The notes under the pieces were generated by a model. The model saw only the letters and a program-made list of their open reading frames with translations. It had not been told where the DNA came from and did no database searches. A stretch of DNA of 64,000 nt, taken from the NCBI GenBank assembly GCA_964016885.1, contig OZ024741.1:25482001-25546000 (forward strand), in the 5' to 3' direction. The first letter of the stretch is position 1; the number at the start of each line of letters is the position of its first letter. The position numbers and the translations under genes are program-made. Positions 55,101 to 64,000 of the stretch are shown here, one piece after another. Source of the stretch: Eledone cirrhosa. Its lineage: Eukaryota.

Positions 55101-58100
55101 TTTCTAAGAAAAGACACTGTCTATGTTGTTTAACCCTTTCATTACCATATTTCTAATAAAAGACACTGTCTATGTTGTTTAACCCTTTCATTACCATATT
55201 TCTAATAAAAGACACTGTCTATGTTGTTTAACCCTTTCATTACCATATTTCTAATAAAAGACACTGTCCATGTTGTTTAACCCTTTCATTACCATATTTC
55301 TAAGAAAAGACAGTCTATGTTGTTTAACCCTTTCATTATCATATTTCTAATAAAAGACACTGTCTATGTTGTTTAACCCTTTCATTATCATATTTCTAAT
55401 AAAAGACACTGTCTATGTTGTTTAACCCTTTCATTACCATATTTCTAATAAAAGACACTGTCTATGTTGTTTAACCCTTTCATTACCATATTTCTAATAA
55501 AAGACACTGTCCATGTTGTTTAACCCTTTCATTACCATATTTCTAATAAAAGACACTGTCTATGTTGTTTAACCCTTTCATTACCATATTTCTAATAAAA
55601 GACAGTATGTTGTTTAACCCTTTCATTATCATATTTCTAATAAAAGACACTGTCTATGTTGTTTAACCCTTTCATTACAATATTTCTAATAAAAGACGCT
55701 GTCTTTTTTAGTTTAACCCTTTCATTACCATATTTCTAACAAAAGACACTGTTTATGTTGTTTAACCCTTTCATTACCATATTTCTAATAAAAGACAGTA
55801 TGTTGTTTAACCCTTTCATTATCATATTTCTAATAAAAGACACTGTCTATGTTGTTTAACCCTTTCGTTTACATATTTCTAATAAAAGACACTGTCTATG
55901 TTGTTTAACCCTGTCATTACCATATTTCTAATAAAAGACACTGTCTATGTTGTTTAACCCTTTCATTACCATATTATTAATAAAAGACACTGTCTATGTT
56001 GTTTAACCCATTCATCACCATATTTCTAATAAAAGACACTGTCTATGTTGTTTAACCTTTTCATTACCATATTTCTAATAAAAGACAGTATGTTGTTTAA
56101 CCCTTTCATTATCATATTTCTAATAAAAGACACTGTCTATGTTGTTTAACCCTTTCATTACCATATTTCTAATAAAAGACACTGTCTATGTTGTTTAACC
56201 CTTTCATTACCATATTTCTAATAAAAGACACTGTCTATGTTGTTTAACCCTTTCATTACCATATTTCTAATAAAAGACACTGTCTATGTTGTTTAACCCT
56301 TTCATTACCATATTTCTAAGAAAAGACACTGTCTATGTTGTTTAACCTTTTCATTACCATATTTCTAATAAAAGACAGTATGTTGTTTAACCCTTTCATT
56401 ATCATATTTCTAATAAAAGACACTGTCTATGTTGTTTAACCCTTTCATTATCATATTTCTAATAAAAGACACTGTCTATGTTGTTTAACCCTTTCATTAC
56501 CATATTTCTAATAAAAGACGCTGTCTATGGTGTTTAACCCTTTCATTACCATATTTCTAATAAAAGACACTGTCTATGTTGTTTAACCCTTTCATTACCA
56601 TATTTCTAATAAAAGACACTGTCTATGTTGTTTACCCCTTTCATTACCATATTTCTAATAAAAGACACTGTCTATGTTGTTTAACCCTTTCATTACTATA
56701 TTTCTAATAAAAGACACTGTCTATGTTGTTTAACCCTTTCATTACCATATTTCTAATAAAAGACACTGTCTATGTTGTTTAACCCCTTCATTACCATATT
56801 TCTAAAAGAAGACACTGTCTATGTTGTTTAACCCTTTCATTATCATATTTCTAATAAAAGACACTGTCTATTTTGTTTAACCCTTTCATTATCATATTTC
56901 TAATAAAAGACGCTGTCTTTTTTAGTTTAACCCTTTCATTACCATATTTCTAACAAAAGACACTGTTTATGTTGTTTAACCCTTTCATTACCATATTTCT
57001 AAGAAAAAATACTGTCTATGTTGTTTAACCCTTTCATTACCATATTTCTAATAAAAGACACTGTCTATGTTGTTTAACCCTTTCATTACCATATTTCTAA
57101 TAAAAGACACTGTCTATGTTGTTTAACCCTTTTATTACCATATTTCTAATAAAAGACACTGTCTATGTTGTTTAACCCTTTCATTACCATATTTCTAATA
57201 AAAGACACTGTCTATGTTGTTTAACCCATTCATCACCATATTTCTAATAAAAGACACTGTCTATGTTGTTTAACCTTTTCATTACCATATTTCTAATAAA
57301 AGACAGTATGTTGTTTAACCCTTTCATTATCATATTTCTAATAAAAGACACTGTCTATGTTGTTTAACCCTTTCATTACCATATTTCTAATAAAAGACAC
57401 TGTCTATGTTGTTTAACCCTTTCATTACCATATTTCTAATAAAAGACACTGTCTATGTTGTTTAACCCTTTCATTACCATATTTCTAATAAAAGACACTG
57501 TCTATGTTGTTTAACCCTTTCATTACCATATTTCTAATAAAAGACACTGTCTATGTTGTTTAACCCTTTCATTACCATATTTCTAATAAAAGACACTGTC
57601 TATGTTGTTTAACCCTTTCATTACCATATTTCTAAGAAAAGACACTGTCTATGTTGTTTAACCTTTTCATTACCATATTTCTAATAAAAGACAGTATGTT
57701 GTTTAACCCTTTCATTATCATATTTCTAATAAAAGACACTGTCTATGTTGTTTAACCCTTTCATTATCATATTTCTAATAAAAGACACTGTCTATGTTGT
57801 TTAACCCTTTCATTACCATATTTCTAATAAAAGACGCTGTCTATGGTGTTTAACCCTTTCATTACCATATTTCTAATAAAAGACACTGTCTATGTTGTTT
57901 AACCCTTTCATTACCATATTTCTAATAAAAGACACTGTCTATGTTGTTTAACCCTTTCATTACCATATTTCTAATAAAAGACACTGTCTATGTTGTTTAA
58001 CCCTTTCATTACTATATTTCTAATAAAAGACACTGTCTATGTTGTTTAACCCTTTCATTACCATATTTCTAATAAAAGACACTGTCTATGTTGTTTAACC

Positions 58101-61100
58101 CTTTCATTACCATATTTCTAAAAGAAGACACTGTCTATGTTGTTTAACCCTTTCATTATCATATTTCTAATAAAAGACACTGTCTATTTTGTTTAACCCT
58201 TTCATTATCATATTTCTAATAAAAGACGCTGTCTTTTTTAGTTTAACCCTTTCATTACCATATTTCTAACAAAAGACACTGTTTATGTTGTTTAACCCTT
58301 TCATTACCATATTTCTAAGAAAAAATACTGTCTATGTTGTTTAACCCTTTCATTACCATATTTCTAATAAAAGACACTGTCTATGTTGTTTAACCCTTTC
58401 ATTACCATATTTCTAATAAAAGACACTGTCTATGTTGTTTAACCCTTTTATTACCATATTTCTAATAAAAGACACTGTCTATGTTGTTTAACCCTTTCGT
58501 TACCATATTTCTAATAGAAGACACTGTCTATGTTTTTTAACCCTTTCATTATCATATTTCTAATAAAAGACACTGTCTATGTTGTTTAACCCTTTCATTA
58601 TCATATTTCTAATGAAAGACGCTGTCTTTTTTAGTTTAACCCTTTCATTACCATATTTCTAACAAAAGACACTGTCTATGTTGTTTAACCCTTTCATTAC
58701 CATATTTCTAATAAAAGACACTGTCTATGTTGTTTAACCCTATCATTACCACATTTCTAATAAAAGACACTGTCTATGTTGTTTAACCCTTTCATTACCA
58801 TATTTCTAAGAAAAGACACTGTCTATGTTGTTTAACCCTTTTATTACCATATTTCTAATAAAAGACAGTCTATGTTGTTTAACCCTTTCATTACCATATT
58901 TCTAATAAAAGACACTGTCTATGTTGTTTAACTCTTTCATTACCATATTTCTAATAAAAGACACCGTCTATGTTGTTTAACCCTTTCATTACCATATTTC
59001 TAAGAAAAGACACTGTCTATGTTGTTTAACCCTTTTATTACCATATTTCTAATAAAAGACAGTCTATGTTGTTTAACCCTTTCATTACCATATTTCTAAT
59101 AAAAGACACTGTCTATGTTGTTTAACTCTTTCATTACCATATTTCTAATAAAAGACACCGTCTATGTTGTTTAACCCTTTCATTATTATATTTCTAATAA
59201 AAGACACTGTCTATGTTGTTTAACCCTTTCATTATTATATTTCTAATAGAAGACACTATGTTGTTTAACCCTTTCACTACCATATTTCTAATAAAAGACA
59301 CTGTCTATGTTGTTTAACACTTTCATTACCATATTTCTAATAAAAGACACTGTCTATGTTGTTTAACCCTTTCATTACCATATTTCTAAGAAAAGACACT
59401 GTCTATGTTGTTTAACCCTTTCATTACCATATTTCTAATAAAAGACACTGTCTATGTTGTTTAACCCTTTCATTACCATATTTCTAATAAAAGACACTGT
59501 CTATGTTGTTTAACTCTTTCATTACCATGTTTCTAATAAAAGACACTGTCTATGTTGTTTAACCCTTTCATTACCATATTTCTAAGAAAAGACACTGTCT
59601 ATGTTGTTTAACCCTTTCATTACCATATTTCTAATAAAAGACGGTCTATGTTGTTTAACCCTTTTATTACCATATTTCTAATAAAAGACACTGTCTATGT
59701 TGTTTAACCCTTTCATTACCATATTTCTAATAGAAGACACTGTCTATGTTGTTTAACCCTTTCATTACCATATTTCTAAGAAAAGACACTGTCTATGTTG
59801 TTTAACCCTTTCATTACCATATTTCTAATAAAAGACGGTCTATGTTGTTTAACCCTTTTATTACCATATTTCTAATAAAAGACACTGTTTATGTTGTTTA
59901 ACCCTTTCATTACCATATTTCTAATAAAAGACAGTATGTTGTTTAACCCTTTCATTATCATATTTCTAATAAAAGACACTGTCTATGTTGTTTAATCCTT
60001 TCATTATCATATTTCTAATAAAAGACACTGTCTATGTTGTTTAATCCTTTCATTACCATATTTCTAATAAAAGACGCTGTCTATGTTGTTTAACCCTTTC
60101 ATTACCATATTTCTAATAAAAGACACTGTCTATGTTGTTTAACCCTTTCATTACCATATTTCTAATAAAAGACGGTCTATGTTGTTTAACCCTTTTATTA
60201 CCATATTTCTAATAAAAGACACTGTCTATGTTGTTTAACCCTTTCATTATCATATTTCTAATAAAAGACACTGTCTATTTTGTTTAACCCTTTCATTATC
60301 ATATTTCTAATAAAAGACGCTGTCTTTTTTAGTTTAACCCTTTCATTACCATATTTCTAACAAAAGACACTGTTTATGTTGTTTAACCCTTTCATTACCA
60401 TATTTCTAAGAAAAAATACTGTCTATGTTGTTTAACCCTTTCATTACCATATTTCTAATAAAAGACACTGTCTATGTTGTTTAACCCATTCATCACCATA
60501 TTTCTAATAAAAGACACTGTCTATGTTGTTTAACCTTTTCATTACCATATTTCTAATAAAAGACAGTATGTTGTTTAACCCTTTCATTATCATATTTCTA
60601 ATAAAAGACACTGTCTATGTTGTTTAACCCTTTCATTACCATATTTCTAATAAAAGACACTGTCTATGTTGTTTAACCCTTTCATTACCATATTTCTAAT
60701 AAAAGACACTGTCTATGTTGTTTAACCCTTTCATTACCATATTTCTAATAAAAGACACTGTCTATGTTGTTTAACCCTTTCATTACCATATTTCTAATAA
60801 AAGACACTGTCTATGTTGTTTAACCCTTTCATTACCATATTTCTAATAAAAGACACTGTCTATGTTGTTTAACCCTTTCATTACCATATTTCTAAGAAAA
60901 GACACTGTCTATGTTGTTTAACCTTTTCATTACCATATTTCTAATAAAAGACAGTATGTTGTTTAACCCTTTCATTATCATATTTCTAATAAAAGACACT
61001 GTCTATGTTGTTTAACCCTTTCATTATCATATTTCTAATAAAAGACACTGTCTATGTTGTTTAACCCTTTCATTACCATATTTCTAATAAAAGACGCTGT

Positions 61101-64000
61101 CTATGGTGTTTAACCCTTTCATTACCATATTTCTAATAAAAGACACTGTCTATGTTGTTTAACCCTTTCATTACCATATTTCTAATAAAAGACACTGTCT
61201 ATGTTGTTTACCCCTTTCATTACCATATTTCTAATAAAAGACACTGTCTATGTTGTTTAACCCTTTCATTACTATATTTCTAATAAAAGACACTGTCTAT
61301 GTTGTTTAACCCTTTCATTACCATATTTCTAATAAAAGACACTGTCTATGTTGTTTAACCCCTTCATTACCATATTTCTAAAAGAAGACACTGTCTATGT
61401 TGTTTAACCCTTTCATTATCATATTTCTAATAAAAGACACTGTCTATTTTGTTTAACCCTTTCATTATCATATTTCTAATAAAAGACGCTGTCTTTTTTA
61501 GTTTAACCCTTTCATTACCATATTTCTAACAAAAGACACTGTTTATGTTATATAACCCTTTCATTACCATATTTCTAAGAAAAAATACTGTCTATGTTGT
61601 TTAACCCTTTCATTACCATATTTCTAATAAAAGACACTGTCTATGTTGTTTAACCCTTTCATTACCATATTTCTAATAAAAGACACTGTCTATGTTGTTT
61701 AACCCTTTTATTACCATATTTCTAATAAAAGACACTGTCTATGTTGTTTAACCCTTTCATTACCATATTTCTAATAAAAGACAGTATGTTGTTTAACCCT
61801 TTCATTATCATATTTCTAATAAAAGACACTGTCTATGTTGTTTAACCCTTTCGTTTACATATTTCTAATAAAAGACACTGTCTATGTTGTTTAACCCTGT
61901 CATTACCATATTTCTAATAAAAGACACTGTCTATGTTGTTTAACCCTTTCATTACCATATTTCTAATAAAAGACACTGTCTATGTTGTTTAACCCATTCA
62001 TCACCATATTTCTAATAAAAGACACTGTCTATGTTGTTTAACCTTTTCATTACCATATTTCTAATAAAAGACAGTATGTTGTTTAACCCTTTCATTATCA
62101 TATTTCTAATAAAAGACACTGTCTATGTTGTTTAACCCTTTCATTACCATATTTCTAATAAAAGACACTGTCTATGTTGTTTAACCCTTTCATTACCATA
62201 TTTCTAATAAAAGACACTGTCTATGTTGTTTAACCCTTTCATTACCATATTTCTAATAAAAGACACTGTCTATGTTGTTTAACCCTTTCATTACCATATT
62301 TCTAATAAAAGACACTGTCTATGTTGTTTAACCCTTTCATTACCATATTTCTAATAAAAGACACTGTCTATGTTGTTTAACCCTTTCATTACCATATTTC
62401 TAAGAAAAGACACTGTCTATGTTGTTTAACCTTTTCATTACCATATTTCTAATAAAAGACAGTATGTTGTTTAACCCTTTCATTATCATATTTCTAATAA
62501 AAGACACTGTCTATGTTGTTTAACCCTTTCATTATCATATTTCTAATAAAAGACACTGTCTATGTTGTTTAACCCTTTCATTACCATATTTCTAATAAAA
62601 GACGCTGTCTATGGTGTTTAACCCTTTCATTACCATATTTCTAATAAAAGACACTGTCTATGTTGTTTAACCCTTTCATTACCATATTTCTAATAAAAGA
62701 CACTGTCTATGTTGTTTAACCCTTTCATTACCATATTTCTAATAAAAGACACTGTCTATGTTGTTTAACCCTTTCATTACTATATTTCTAATAAAAGACA
62801 CTGTCTATGTTGTTTAACCCTTTCATTACCATATTTCTAATAAAAGACACTGTCTATGTTGTTTAACCCTTTCATTACCATATTTCTAAAAGAAGACACT
62901 GTCTATGTTGTTTAACCCTTTCATTATCATATTTCTAATAAAAGACACTGTCTATTTTGTTTAACCCTTTCATTATCATATTTCTAATAAAAGACGCTGT
63001 CTTTTTTAGTTTAACCCTTTCATTACCATATTTCTAACAAAAGACACTGTTTATATTGTTTAACCCTTTCATTACCATATTTCTAAGAAAAAATACTGTC
63101 TATGTTGTTTAACCCTTTCATTACCATATTTCTAATAAAAGACACTGTCTATGTTGTTTAACCCTTTCATTACCATATTTCTAATAAAAGACACTGTCTA
63201 TGTTGTTTAACCCTTTTATTACCATATTTCTAATAAAAGACACTGTCTATGTTGTTTAACCCTTTCGTTACCATATTTCTAATAGAAGACACTGTCTATG
63301 TTTTTTAACCCTTTCATTATCATATTTCTAATAAAAGACACTGTCTATGTTGTTTAACCCTTTCATTATCATATTTCTAATGAAAGACGCTGTCTTTTTT
63401 AGTTTAACCCTTTCATTACCATATTTCTAACAAAAGACACTGTCTATGTTGTTTAACCCTTTCATTACCATATTTCTAATAAAAGACACTGTCTATGTTG
63501 TTTAACCCTATCATTACCATATTTCTAATAAAAGACACTGTCTATGTTGTTTAACCCTTTCATTACCATATTTCTAAGAAAAGACACTGTCTATGTTGTT
63601 TAACCCTTTTATTACCATATTTCTAATAAAAGACAGTCTATGTTGTTTAACCCTTTCATTACCATATTTCTAATAAAAGACACTGTCTATGTTGTTTAAC
63701 TCTTTCATTACCATATTTCTAATAAAAGACACCGTCTATGTTGTTTAACCCTTTCATTACCATATTTCTAAGAAAAGACACTGTCTATGTTGTTTAACCC
63801 TTTTATTACCATATTTCTAATAAAAGACAGTCTATGTTGTTTAACCCTTTCATTACCATATTTCTAATAAAAGACACTGTCTATGTTGTTTAACTCTTTC
63901 ATTACCATATTTCTAATAAAAGACACCGTCTATGTTGTTTAACCCTTTCATTATTATATTTCTAATAAAAGACACTGTCTATGTTGTTTAACCCTTTCAT
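51420..64000. repeat. Higher-order duplication, offset 9,050 bp (about 51.4-54.95 kb vs 60.5-64 kb), with a related intermediate copy at about 55.3-59.5 kb
   Basis: CCCCTTTCAT 52161/61211, GTTTATGTTATATAACC 52491/61541, TTATATTGTT 54001/63051 and the A of CCCTATCAT 54460/63510 all differ by 9,050. CCCTATCAT also occurs at 58742 (offset 4,282). Confidence 0.88.

Larger units (their letters stand above)
1..64000. repeat. Tandem satellite DNA array, 49-bp monomer, about 1,300 head-to-tail copies, truncated by both window edges
   Basis: The unit starting CTAATA at position 1 restarts at position 50 and recurs without spacer or inversion to 64000. Consensus CTAATAAAAGACACTGTCTATGTTGTTTAACCCTTTCATTACCATATTT (A15 C10 G4 T20). 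Most copies match exactly or differ by 1-3 substitutions or 2-4 bp deletions. 64000/49 = about 1306. Confidence 0.99.

Noticed and set aside
1-64000. CRISPR array (regular short repeats with an internal palindrome)
   Set aside because: There are no unique spacers, since the whole 49 bp repeats contiguously. No leader or cas genes are present.
1-64000. Repetitive protein-coding ORF on either strand
   Set aside because: Both strands of the monomer contain stop triplets (+ strand TAA three times; - strand TAA, TGA, TAA, TAG, TAG). Because 49 is not a multiple of 3, every frame meets them within 147 bp.
1-64000. Information-encoding or programmed-variation cassette array (DGR-like, antigenic variation or guide-RNA array)
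   Set aside because: Variants are sparse, and their order is explained by block duplication. There is no hypervariable slot and no associated enzyme or expression locus in the window.
1-64000. Rolling-circle or sequencing concatemer artefact, or random read errors
   Set aside because: Identical rare variants recur in the same order at several different kilobase offsets, which is not expected from random error or from a single circular template. False duplication of individual blocks during assembly cannot be excluded without reads.
1-64000. tRNA, rRNA, other structured ncRNA, or intrinsic terminators (hairpin plus T run in the GTCTTTTTTAG variant)
   Set aside because: There are no cloverleaf or rRNA motifs. 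The T run is itself part of a weak AT-rich stem and there is no upstream gene.
1-64000. Plasmid iterons or phage replication-origin repeats
   Set aside because: Those have a few to tens of copies next to a rep gene, whereas this has about 1,300 copies and no gene.

Overview
The whole 64-kb window is one uninterrupted, head-to-tail satellite DNA array of a 49-bp AT-rich monomer. The consensus is CTAATAAAAGACACTGTCTATGTTGTTTAACCCTTTCATTACCATATTT (14/49 G+C, no CpG), present in about 1,300 copies, all in one orientation, with neither array end in view. I found no genes, RNA genes, CRISPR spacers, transposon bodies or unique DNA. Rare variant monomers act as barcodes that reveal nested kilobase-scale duplications (marker offsets of 11,410, 8,322, 2,966, 829, 6,225, 3,945/3,985, 5,639, 4,282 and 9,050 bp) and a switch between two variant families near 27.6 kb. 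The most interesting details are an 11-bp palindrome (AGACA-C-TGTCT) where deletion alleles cluster, a complex variant that looks like a template-switch extension of that palindrome, and a TTAACCCTTT motif in nearly every monomer (piggyBac-end-like and Kruppel/ZNF652-like). The array is most likely eukaryotic heterochromatic, pericentromeric or subtelomeric DNA, which is an inference; the organism cannot be determined. The sequence does not support a new gene-encoded system. Offsets were read by eye from marker positions and block boundaries are approximate.
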